Shown in pieces: positions 18,406 to 26,806 of a DNA stretch of 42,868 nt. The position numbers and the translations under genes are program-made. Under the pieces are notes generated by a model that was not told the origin of the DNA, ran no database searches, and saw nothing but the letters and a program-made list of their open reading frames with translations. Source of the DNA: Candidatus Aminicenantes bacterium (lineage in GTDB: Bacteria > Acidobacteriota > Aminicenantia > Aminicenantales > Aminicenantaceae); assembly GCA_050116035.1 (NCBI GenBank), contig JASFPJ010000001.1, positions 1 through 42,868 on the forward strand, written 5' to 3'. Every line of letters starts with the position of its first letter. Position 1 is the stretch's first letter.

Positions 18406-19242
18406 CTACAAAAGTGAATTCAATAATTTCAACACAGACTCATTCCAACCTGCTGGACCGATGCCAGGCGCAAGATACAAGTTGGGAAGCTTGACCTCAG
18501 GATCATAGCTTCCTTCAGGCTTTTGAACCAGAACCGGATGGTCCGCGGCCCGGAGCATGGGCAGGTCACTGAGGCTGTCTCCCAGAGCGAGGGTCTCGAT
18601 GTGTTCTGTTTTTTTTCTGTACATATCCGTGAGCAGCCTGAGCGCTTCTCCCTTATCGTTTTCTCCCATGAGATGGAAGAAGCGTCCGCCGCGGGTGACC
18701 TGAAGGTTAGAGAGGCTTGCCATTTTCTGGATTTTGTTGATTGCGCTTTCTTCCTCCAGAAGAAAAGGCTCGTCGTATTCTCTTTTTTTGGCCAGCTTTG
18801 CATCCTCTGGCGAGAACCCGCAGAGGCGGGCCACTTCCTCAGGCGACAGGTCGCCGAATCCTTTAAGCTCAAGCTGGAGGGAGTTGCGTATCCTGTTCAG
18901 GATATCTCTGAGCTGAGCATAGGGCGTGCCGAGTTCGATGGCGAGATAATTGTTTTTTTCTCTCTCAAAGCAAAATGTGTGTGGGAAGTATCCTTTGGGG
19001 ATGTAGATGGCACCGCCGTTTTCAGCGATGAAGGGGTGGTCATTGTGCAGCTCCAGCCTCCACTTTTCGATCTCAGCCCTTGTTTTACTGGTGCAGATGA
19101 TAAGAGGGATGTTTTTCTCTTTTAGGGCTTTCAAGGCAGGGAGAGCCGGCTCGAAGGAATATGTATCGTGGTCCAGGAGAGTCCCGTCCAGGTCAGTAAA
19201 AATGAGGAACAAGGAGCCCTTCTGAGAGTAGGTTCCAGCCAC
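18406..19242 (-). CDS. gpgP: HAD-IIB glucosyl-/mannosyl-3-phosphoglycerate phosphatase (YedP/MpgP family)
   Basis: 278 aa. GTG start after GGGGAG. LIFTDLDGTLLDHDTYSFEPALPALKALKEKNIPLIICTSKTRAEI and ...LALGDSLSDLPML match the MpgP/YedP family. It lies 29 nt upstream of gpgS on the same strand. Confidence 0.78.
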   Translation of the reverse strand: MAGTYSQKGSLFLIFTDLDGTLLDHDTYSFEPALPALKALKEKNIPLIICTSKTRAEIEKWRLELHNDHPFIAENGGAIYIPKGYFPHTFCFEREKNNYLAIELGTPYAQLRDILNRIRNSLQLELKGFGDLSPEEVARLCGFSPEDAKLAKKREYDEPFLLEEESAINKIQKMASLSNLQVTRGGRFFHLMGENDKGEALRLLTDMYRKKTEHIETLALGDSLSDLPMLRAADHPVLVQKPEGSYDPEVKLPNLYLAPGIGPAGWNESVLKLLNSLL

Positions 19243-19588
19243 AATTTCTCCCCGAATGAATTTTATTTAATGACTTAGAGTTAAAGAATAATGTGTTCTC
19301 TTCACCATATTAATGAAATAATCTTATGTTGTCAAAGCGACCGGTGAATGACACGGAAAAGCATCGATCCCTTCAGTTTTTTTTCGCCACATTCCCGTGT
19401 GTTTCACGCACACTATCTGAAAGAGAACCGCTAAAAAAATTACTTTGCGAACTGATGCCCTGTTGATTAAAATGCATTGGGAATGAGCGAGGATTGATTT
19501 TTAACTGCACTTTTAATACATATAACATGAGCTAGTCTTATGAAGAAAACAACAATCCGGTGAGTTAAGAGAGAAGGAGGGTGATAAA

Positions 19589-20296
19589 ATGAGCAGCCTC
19601 TATTTCCTTTTTCCGACTTTGCTGATTATTTTAGTTTCTTTTCTTTTTGTGAGGGGGGCAGCCATTGCTCTGATGATGACAGGATTGGAGAAGAAAAAAG
19701 CGAGATTCCAGGCGCTATCAGCGTTTTCCGGAACTGGATTCACGACCAAGGAAGCCGAATTGGTGATCAATCATCCTGTGAGGCGGAAGATCATGACCTG
19801 GCTGATGATCATGGGAAACGCGGGAGTCGCAACAGTCATTGTGACAGCTACATCTTCTTTGGCCACCAGCCGAGGATACCAACTGCCCATAAATGTAATG
19901 GTTCTTATTTTAGGTATTTTTTTGATATACAAAATCATGACTGGCAGGAAAATCATAAAAAAATGGGAGAATTTCATAGAAAGAAAGCTCGTTAAATCCC
20001 CCGCGTTTGAAGAAGCTTCTGCAGAAGACCTGCTCCATTTTCTTGAGGGATATGGGGTTGTGAAGAAGATTATAGGAGAAGATTCCCCTCTGATCGGAAG
20101 CTCGATTTCCGAATCCGGTTTGAGCGAGAAGGGAGCTCTGGTTCTGGGAATCGAGAGAGGAAAAAACTGGATTCCCATCCCCAAGGCGCGCGATATAATA
20201 GAGAGAGATGACCGACTTATCGTATACGGTCCTCATGATGTGCTGAAGGAGCTCTCGAAAGTCCCGACATCCGCAGATGATAATAAAAAGGGATAA
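19589..20296 (+). CDS. Membrane protein with one Trk/Ktr-like M1-P-M2 unit fused to a TrkA-C (RCK_C) domain
   Basis: 235 aa. TM1 is at residues 5-27. The P-loop-like segment is ARFQALSAFSGTGFTT. The M2-like segment KIMTWLMIMGNAGVATVIV can be compared with KtrB/TrkH ...MFIGRxGPLT. A third TM follows. The C-terminal GVVKKIIGEDSPLIGSSISESGL...LVLGIERG...DDRLIVYGP is an RCK_C pattern. AAGGAGG RBS. Confidence 0.7.
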   Translation: MSSLYFLFPTLLIILVSFLFVRGAAIALMMTGLEKKKARFQALSAFSGTGFTTKEAELVINHPVRRKIMTWLMIMGNAGVATVIVTATSSLATSRGYQLPINVMVLILGIFLIYKIMTGRKIIKKWENFIERKLVKSPAFEEASAEDLLHFLEGYGVVKKIIGEDSPLIGSSISESGLSEKGALVLGIERGKNWIPIPKARDIIERDDRLIVYGPHDVLKELSKVPTSADDNKKG

Positions 20297-20373
20297 GAAA
20301 TATCTGGAAGTTTTCAGGCTAACAGGAGTCTATTAGAATTGTCTCCATTTTTATTCATTAAAGGAGGAACAAA

Positions 20374-21438
20374 TTGATTAATTTAAGGAAAAGAGCGGCC
20401 AAAAAAACAGGACTTCCTCCGGGAACCCCTGTCTATGTGGGCGAGAGAAAGGATGAAAAGGTCAGGATTTCAGTCCTGGATTATGACGAGGTTCAGTATC
20501 AAGAAAAGGAAGCGAAAGATGTAGAGGAGTGTTTTCCATTTAAAGACACGTCAACCGTAACCTGGATCAACATCGACGGTATCCATCAGGTCGATATCAT
20601 CAAGAAGATCGGAAAACATTTTGGCCTTCACCCACTCATACAAGAAGATATCGTGAACACCGAGCAGCGGCCAAAAATGGAGGATTTTGGCAGTTACATA
20701 TATATCGTGCTCAAAATGATCTATCATGATGAGAATGATGGTGAGTGCAGAATCGAGCAGGTGAGCTTTATCCTGGGTGAGAATTTTGTCATCTCCTTCC
20801 AGGAAAGAGAAGGGGATATTTTCAATCATGTGAGAGAGAGGATAAGGAACGGAAAAGGACGCATCCGGAAGATGAAAGCGGATTACCTGGCTTACTCATT
20901 GCTGGATGCGATCGTCGATAATTACTTTTTCATCCTGGAGAAGACAGGAGAGCAGATCGAGCAGCTGGAGGAAAGAGTCGTATCCCAGCCTAAACCTGAA
21001 ACCATGCAGGAGATCCACAGGCTAAAGAGAACGATGATTTTCTTGCGCCGGTCAGTCTGGCCCTTAAGAGAGGTTATCAGCAACCTCGAGAGAGGAGAAA
21101 CCTCCATCATTCAGGAATCTTGCCGTATTTATCTCCGGGATGTCTATGACCATACGATTCAGGTGATCGATTCTGTCGAGACATTCCGCGACATGCTTTC
21201 TGGAATGCATGATACTTATCTCTCGAGTATCAGCAACCGGATGAATGAGATCATGAAGGTGTTGACCATCATTGCCACGATATTCATCCCGCTGACTTTT
21301 ATCGCGGGAATTTATGGAATGAATTTTAAATTCATGCCTGAGCTCGAATGGAACTGGGGGTATTTTGCCGTTTGGATAGTGATGATTGCCGTGGCGATGC
21401 TGATGGTGGTCTTCTTCAGAAGAAAAAAGTGGTTATAG
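20374..21438 (+). CDS. corA: CorA-family magnesium/cobalt transporter
   Basis: 354 aa. TTG start 6 nt after AGGAGG. C-terminal two TM helices carry the YGMNF (GMN) motif. Confidence 0.92.
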   Translation: MINLRKRAAKKTGLPPGTPVYVGERKDEKVRISVLDYDEVQYQEKEAKDVEECFPFKDTSTVTWINIDGIHQVDIIKKIGKHFGLHPLIQEDIVNTEQRPKMEDFGSYIYIVLKMIYHDENDGECRIEQVSFILGENFVISFQEREGDIFNHVRERIRNGKGRIRKMKADYLAYSLLDAIVDNYFFILEKTGEQIEQLEERVVSQPKPETMQEIHRLKRTMIFLRRSVWPLREVISNLERGETSIIQESCRIYLRDVYDHTIQVIDSVETFRDMLSGMHDTYLSSISNRMNEIMKVLTIIATIFIPLTFIAGIYGMNFKFMPELEWNWGYFAVWIVMIAVAMLMVVFFRRKKWL

Positions 21439-21542
21439 ATAGACACTAAAAAGTAGATGAGCTTTGGTTTTATTTGACTTTATAATCTTAAGAGGAAACC
21501 AAAGGAATAGAGAATAGAAATTGACCTAGAGGAGGGAATCAA

Positions 21543-21881
21543 ATGGAGGTCATTAAATCAATAGCTGAATATGGCGCCCTTTTTTTGGAGGGCGCAGCCG
21601 TTCTGGTGATAATCATCGGAGCTGTCCAATCCTTTGTGATATATATACGGCGGGGTTTAATAAAGAGATCAGAATTAATCACTCTGATGCAGAGCCGTTT
21701 CAAATTAGGCCTATCCTTGTCTCTAGGACTTGGATTTTTGGTCGGAGCAGATGTCGTTAAAACAGCCATTTCGCCCACATGGACGGATATTGGCCAACTT
21801 GCCGCTATTGTGGTTATACGTATCGTTCTCAACTTCTTCCTGATGCGTGATATGAGACAAATAGAAGAAAAGATGAAGTGA
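21543..21881 (+). CDS. DUF1622 family small membrane protein
   Basis: 112 aa. ...LEGAAVLVIIIGAV..., RFKLGLSLSLGLGFLVGADVVKTAI...IVVIRIVLNFFL is the DUF1622 pattern. GAGGAGG RBS. Confidence 0.72.
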   Translation: MEVIKSIAEYGALFLEGAAVLVIIIGAVQSFVIYIRRGLIKRSELITLMQSRFKLGLSLSLGLGFLVGADVVKTAISPTWTDIGQLAAIVVIRIVLNFFLMRDMRQIEEKMK

Positions 21882-21916
21882 TAAATCTCGCTTTGCTAGT
21901 TTGTTTTTCGTTATAA

Positions 21917-21943
21917 TTGGGGATAGACCCCAACTTTTCTTTC
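21917..21943 (+). terminator. Rho-independent terminator after the DUF1622 gene, between convergent genes
   Basis: Stem TTGGGG (21917-21922) / CCCCAA (21928-21933), loop ATAGA, followed by CTTTTCTTTC. Confidence 0.55.
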
Positions 21944-21988
21944 AGAAATGGTGAATGTTAAGATGCGGCCCCCATCTACGACCCAAAT

Positions 21989-22525
21989 CTATTCACTCAA
22001 TTTCTCACCGCAGTGCGGGCAGGCCTTCCAGTTCTTTTCCGTAGGCTTTCCGCATTCAGGACAGACTGTGTGGAGCTTGGCGGCACAATAGGGACAGAAC
22101 ACGTAAGTCGAAGAGACTGATTTCTGGCATTTTGGGCAGGTCTGTGTCGCCGGTTCTGGTTTTGGGGCAAAAGCCGCATCCGATCGGAGGATCAGATAGA
22201 TTATCAATCCAATTATATTACCGATAAACACCAGCAGAGCCCATAATATTCCATTCATTCCGCGGCGTTCCGCATCCCTGTACACCCAAACGATGACCAT
22301 TATCCATATGATCAGCAGTGCAAGAGAAAAGAGAGAAGTGAGGGAATACCGAAACACAGAAGGGCCGATATGAATGGTCTTGAAGTTCGGAAGGCGGATC
22401 GATTCGAAGGCTCCAGAAAAAACGCCAAATGGCGCAAAAATAAAAGGAGTGATGTTTGCCGCCAGCCAAATAATCAATATAACTAATAGGATGAGTCCTA
22501 TTGTTTTTCCTGTAGATGTTGCCAT
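21989..22525 (-). CDS. Membrane protein with PLDc_N-type TM hairpin and C-terminal double zinc ribbon
   Basis: 178 aa. WVYRDAERRGMNGILWALLVFIGNIIGLIIYLILR is a PLDc_N-like motif. The C-terminal CPKC...CPYC...CPEC...CPHC provides four CxxC pairs. AAGGAGG RBS. Confidence 0.7.
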   Translation of the reverse strand: MATSTGKTIGLILLVILIIWLAANITPFIFAPFGVFSGAFESIRLPNFKTIHIGPSVFRYSLTSLFSLALLIIWIMVIVWVYRDAERRGMNGILWALLVFIGNIIGLIIYLILRSDAAFAPKPEPATQTCPKCQKSVSSTYVFCPYCAAKLHTVCPECGKPTEKNWKACPHCGEKLSE

Positions 22526-22581
22526 GTTGACCTCCTTAGCCTTGCCCGGAGCAGCCTCCCGGCAAGGAATGATTTTCTATT

Positions 22582-23094
22582 CTAAGATGCATTTGCATTC
22601 ATCGGAAATCCGTTCATGTTTTTTCTTTGTGAACGATACTTGCGAATGAGAATCGGCGCGAAAAAAAGCATAGCTGCATTCTGGATCAGCAGAGTGAGGG
22701 CCGCGGCTGATTCAAAAGTCAAGGATTTATCCAGCCGGATTTCTTTGATCACAGGTGCGACGAGTAGCACGGTCAGGATAACGAGTGGGATAAGAGCGGC
22801 CCATACATATGTCGGTACAGGGTAGGAACGAAATCGTGAGAAGACTCTCTTCGCGGATGCAGGCTGCAATCTCATCTCATCGAGACATCTCTCCCGCGTT
22901 TTTTGGGCGAGATCAAGCGGAAGCACGGGCTTGGGCATCGTTGTGATGCCAAGACGTATTTTTTCCAAATCGTCCCGGAGACTTGCGCAATGCGCGCAGT
23001 GTTCAAGATGCTGCTCCACAGCCCTTGATTCTTCCGGGCTCAGTTCCTCTTCTGAGGAAACAATTATTAAGCGCTCGATGTCTTTACATTGCAT
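22582..23094 (-). CDS. Anti-sigma factor, zf-HC2 type, two TM helices
   Basis: 170 aa. N-terminal ...VEQHLEHCAHCASLRDDL (H-x3-C-x2-C). Its start overlaps the sigma gene end by 28 nt. Two hydrophobic helices flank a very short outer loop. Confidence 0.8.
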   Translation of the reverse strand: MQCKDIERLIIVSSEEELSPEESRAVEQHLEHCAHCASLRDDLEKIRLGITTMPKPVLPLDLAQKTRERCLDEMRLQPASAKRVFSRFRSYPVPTYVWAALIPLVILTVLLVAPVIKEIRLDKSLTFESAAALTLLIQNAAMLFFAPILIRKYRSQRKNMNGFPMNANAS

Positions 23095-23723
23095 TTTAAT
23101 GCCTCATTATTGTTTGATTTTGTTTGATATTTAGAAAGCTCCTGACGGAGACGTTTCACCGCCCGGTACATCAGTGACTTCACGGTGCCGACCGGGACAC
23201 CGAGAATATCGCTGATTTCCGCTTGTCTGAAGCCTGCGATTTCTTTGAGCACGAACACGCGGCGCTGCCGGTCCGGCAACAGTGCGAGGGCTTGGTTGAT
23301 ATCCTTTCCCATTTCTATCTGATTCGCTTCATTGGAGGAGTCGGGCCAAGATTTATCTTCCAGAAAAGGGAAGGCCTCACCTGTTTCATGCGCTCTGGAT
23401 TTCTGGAATAAAAACAGCCTTCTTATCCTCTTTTTACGCAGTTCATCCCTGTAGAGATTGATGACTACAGTAAATATCCACGATTTTATGCGCTGCATGT
23501 TCACCTTCTCGGGTAAGTTTTTTATGATGCGGAGCCAGGCATCTTGAAACAGGTCCTCGGCTTCTCCTCGGTTTTTCGTGAGATAACAGGCGAAGCTGAA
23601 GACTTCATTCTGGTATTTTTCGTACAGATCATCGAATATTGGTTGAATGTTCTGTCCTGATTCATGGCCGCGCTCCTCACTACAGGTATCCATTAATTTT
23701 TCAGTTCTTTTCTGATATTTCAT
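23067..23723 (-). CDS. ECF-type RNA polymerase sigma-70 family factor
   Basis: 218 aa. Region 2 is ...EAEDLFQDAWLRIIKNL...WIFTVVINLYRDELRK. Region 4 is LPDRQRRVFVLKEIAGFRQAEISDILGVPVGTVKSLMYRAVKRLR. Confidence 0.9.
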   Translation of the reverse strand: MKYQKRTEKLMDTCSEERGHESGQNIQPIFDDLYEKYQNEVFSFACYLTKNRGEAEDLFQDAWLRIIKNLPEKVNMQRIKSWIFTVVINLYRDELRKKRIRRLFLFQKSRAHETGEAFPFLEDKSWPDSSNEANQIEMGKDINQALALLPDRQRRVFVLKEIAGFRQAEISDILGVPVGTVKSLMYRAVKRLRQELSKYQTKSNNNEALKCNVKTSSA

Positions 23724-23887
23724 TACCTAGAACGTATGAGACGGGAAAAAGTTCTACTCGATAGTAACAATTGCATACAGAGTGCCGGGTGCATGAACAA
23801 AGCCTAAAACAGGATAGATACAAGAGGACTCAGTATTCGGTTCATCAATCCGAAAAATGATTATCTCTCCCCGTATAGTTTACTCCA

Positions 23888-26086
23888 TTAAATCCGCCAC
23901 AGAAAAGAGGCTTTGAAGAAGAATCCTCTCTGAGTTTCCAGGTATCTATCGGCAGGAATGTAATCACTGCCCGTCCACTGGATTCTCTCGTAGAAAGAGC
24001 CATAGCCGATGTGGATAACCGTTCCCGGGATGTAAGTGAAGGAAGCGAGAAAGTCTGTCAACAATGTCTTCCGGAAGGCATTGTATTCGACAATTCCTCT
24101 GAAAAAAAGGTATTTGTTCACTTGGAAGGTGTTCCGGCTCCGGATGATCGTGTAGTCGTATTCTTTGACAGAATCAGAATCACGATAGAAGTCAGTGTAA
24201 GTCAGACTCAAGGCGAGATGAAGTTTTTCGGCGGGCTGATAGATGACAGTGGCTGAAGCCGAGTTGCCGCTTCCCTGGTAGGGATCGACCACGTAACGGA
24301 TTTTTTTCCCGTAGCTGTACGTGAGGCGGAAATACAGTTGTTTGGTGAATTGACTGGCTCCGAGGAACCTGACCGCACTGATGTTGAGTCTCTCCCCTTG
24401 AAAAACTTCATTCGCATAGCGGCCCCCTAACAGGATAAAGGAGTCTCGTGGGAAGAGTAATCTCAGGTCCAGAGAGTTGAAAGTCTCATACAGGCCGCTG
24501 AATCTGTCGCGGATTTGAGTGCTGTGAAACATAGGATCGATTCTTCTGACTAATTTTGATTTGGGATAAAACATGCGCAGGAATCCTGACCTGAACCTGG
24601 TTAAACCTGTGCGTGTGATGTAACCTGTTTCCGTCCAGAAGTCTTCCCCGATATCCTGAAGCCCTAACCGGATGATCCAGTTTCTTGTGAGATAGTAATA
24701 ATCCAAGCCCAATGCATGTCCGTCGTCCCGGGTCGAGACATCATCCAACTTGGTCTGCGACCCGAAGAGGTGATATCCGAAGAGGCTGGACTGGGTTAGC
24801 CTGATCTGCCCGTCCACACCCAAAACTCTGTTATAGCCACTGGCGCGCTCTCTGCCCGTGTAGAATGCCCCGATGAAGCCGTCCTTCGCTAAAGCTCGTT
24901 TATACCGGAATATTCCAAAGTGGGCTCTGTTATCTGTTTCAGTATCCGGCAGATCATCCAGGGCATAGATCGAGGCGACCGTGTTCTTTTTTCCGATTCT
25001 CCCGTTTAATTTCATGCCCACCAAGGGATCGATGATTGTTCTCGTGTGCACGACTTCCATGAGAGGGTCGCCAGAGTTGAATCCCCCAAAATTGAATTTT
25101 TCCAGTCCCTCCAGGAAAAAAGGCCTCGTCTCCGGGAAGAAGAGAGCATACCGAAGGTTGAAATCCACCTGCCCGGCGTCTGCCTCCACCTGGCTGAAGT
25201 CAGGATTATAGGTTCCGTCCAAGACGAGATTGGAGGTGATACCGTATTTAGCCGTGAGACTGATGTCTCGCTCGCTCCCAGCCGAAGCCAAATCCCCTTC
25301 GTCTATTAAACGACTTTGGCTGTACGTGAAAGCCGGCAGGACTTCAAAGAGAGTATAGTGTTTTATATCATGGAAAATGATGGTTCGTGTCTGGGTTAAA
25401 AAGTTTGGTCCCTGAGCGGGATCCAGAGGAGGATACGTCCCGGCTTCAGAACGCCGGCTGATCTTGCGCTCAAATATGACTCCCATCTCGACAGGATCTT
25501 TGTGTGTAAATCGGATGCTCTTTAACGGGATTTTCAGCTCGATTGCGTATCCTTCTTCATCGATTTTTCCGTGGCTGTACCAGACAATATCCACACTGAA
25601 ATCTTCAGCGCCCCCCTCAAACCTGGAATCTCCCTGGATTCCCAGAGGATTGACATATAACGCATACAGGGATTGATGGTCGTTAAAGGAGTCTAGATTG
25701 ATGCAGATCCAGTCATCCGCATGAATGTTGTCTCGTCTGCTGACCGAAGCTTTGACCTTATCGGGCTGACTGTCAAAACAGCGGAACGCGAAATACAGAT
25801 TCTCCCGGTCATAGGCGTAATAGACGATAGAGTTCTCGACCATGTTAATGCCGTAATCCGGGTGATAGGTTTGAAAGCCCGTCTCGTGAGGCGCCTTTTG
25901 CCAGACCGGATCATCCAGTTTTCCGTCGAGGACGGGGGGAATATCCGTTTTATACGGAATGAGCGGTTCAAGCGTATCCATAGCCGACGCAGATAAAACC
26001 ATCAGAAAAAAAGCAGAGAGGAACACAAGAATTAGTTGTTTATTACAGATTTGATGACTGGTCCGTTGATGAATCATTTTTTCCAT
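23888..26086 (-). CDS. CBM9-like (carbohydrate-binding family 9 / DOMON-like) N-terminal domain fused to a DUF5916-type beta-barrel-like domain; probable outer-membrane protein
   Basis: 732 aa with a signal peptide. PPVLDGKLDDPVWQKA...YYAYDRENLYFAFRC...DDWICINLDSF... is typical of CBM9/DUF5916 proteins. The long C-terminal region has alternating beta-strand pattern and ends ...FFKASFLWRI. Confidence 0.72.
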   Translation of the reverse strand: MEKMIHQRTSHQICNKQLILVFLSAFFLMVLSASAMDTLEPLIPYKTDIPPVLDGKLDDPVWQKAPHETGFQTYHPDYGINMVENSIVYYAYDRENLYFAFRCFDSQPDKVKASVSRRDNIHADDWICINLDSFNDHQSLYALYVNPLGIQGDSRFEGGAEDFSVDIVWYSHGKIDEEGYAIELKIPLKSIRFTHKDPVEMGVIFERKISRRSEAGTYPPLDPAQGPNFLTQTRTIIFHDIKHYTLFEVLPAFTYSQSRLIDEGDLASAGSERDISLTAKYGITSNLVLDGTYNPDFSQVEADAGQVDFNLRYALFFPETRPFFLEGLEKFNFGGFNSGDPLMEVVHTRTIIDPLVGMKLNGRIGKKNTVASIYALDDLPDTETDNRAHFGIFRYKRALAKDGFIGAFYTGRERASGYNRVLGVDGQIRLTQSSLFGYHLFGSQTKLDDVSTRDDGHALGLDYYYLTRNWIIRLGLQDIGEDFWTETGYITRTGLTRFRSGFLRMFYPKSKLVRRIDPMFHSTQIRDRFSGLYETFNSLDLRLLFPRDSFILLGGRYANEVFQGERLNISAVRFLGASQFTKQLYFRLTYSYGKKIRYVVDPYQGSGNSASATVIYQPAEKLHLALSLTYTDFYRDSDSVKEYDYTIIRSRNTFQVNKYLFFRGIVEYNAFRKTLLTDFLASFTYIPGTVIHIGYGSFYERIQWTGSDYIPADRYLETQRGFFFKASFLWRI

Positions 26087-26270
26087 TGAATCAGAATGAT
26101 TTGAAACATGAAAAGTTGCTTATACCATGAAAAAAAAATTCAAGTCAAACACAGGAGATTGAGAATGCCAGTTAGGCTTGCATTTCAAAAGGCTCTTTTT
26201 TATTATGGGAGGGCTGGAAAAAGGCTGCCACTGGAAAAATAATAATGAATGAGTAAAGGGGTGATGGAAC

Positions 26271-26744
26271 ATGGCTAAATTAAAGATATCATGGAAAGAG
26301 AAACTGGCGGACGATAAAGATTTGCCCAAGGTTATCAAGATCAACGAGAAGATGAGTAAGAGGTGGGGAACAGGGACTTGCGTCATCCCGGCGCCAAGGG
26401 AAGTGGATGAAATCATGAGCAAGGTTCCCAAAGGAAAGCTTCTCACCATTAATGAGATCAGGATGATCCTGGCCAAAAAGCATAATGCGTCGATCGGCTG
26501 TCCGATCACCACGGGGATTTTTGCCTGGGTGGCGGCCAACGCTGCCGGGGAAGCCAAAGCCGAAGGAAAGAAAAGAATCACACCTTATTGGCGCACATTG
26601 AAAACCGGAGGGATCCTGAATGAGAAATATCCTGGGGGGATTGAAGGTCAGAAAAAACTGTTGCAGGGAGAAGGGCACAAAGTCCTCCAGAAAGGAAAAA
26701 AGTTTGTAGTCTTGGATTTTGAGAAGAACCTGGCCAATTTATGA
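26271..26744 (+). CDS. MGMT-family (DNA_binding_1) protein lacking the acceptor cysteine; alkyltransferase-like
   Basis: 157 aa. VPKGKLLTINEIRMILAKK...GCPITTG...AWVAANAAG...ITPYWRTLKTGGIL...KKLLQGEGH follows the MGMT C-terminal domain pattern, but PCHRV is replaced by PYWRT. Confidence 0.65.
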   Translation: MAKLKISWKEKLADDKDLPKVIKINEKMSKRWGTGTCVIPAPREVDEIMSKVPKGKLLTINEIRMILAKKHNASIGCPITTGIFAWVAANAAGEAKAEGKKRITPYWRTLKTGGILNEKYPGGIEGQKKLLQGEGHKVLQKGKKFVVLDFEKNLANL

Positions 26745-26806
26745 AGCCCTTCAACCGAAGTCATCCAGAATAAATATTTAAAATAGATTTAAAGGAGAGG
26801 AATCCC

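Noticed and set aside
19243-19588. Possible riboswitch (c-di-AMP/ydaO or Mg2+ M-box type) in the 346-bp leader upstream of the K+-like and corA genes.
   Set aside because: I could not find the conserved core sequences of either class or a convincing multi-stem structure by eye. It is most likely a divergent promoter region. An Rfam scan would settle it.
21463-21504. Inverted repeat after corA considered as a terminator.
   Set aside because: The loop is about 24 nt and there is no following T-tract, so it is not a canonical intrinsic terminator. It is kept only as a low-interest regulatory curiosity.
26120-26581. 153-aa minus-strand ORF with hydrophobic stretches, overlapping the MGMT-like gene.
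   Set aside because: It overlaps a plus-strand gene with clear family similarity and a good start context. It has no RBS and is likely a shadow ORF.
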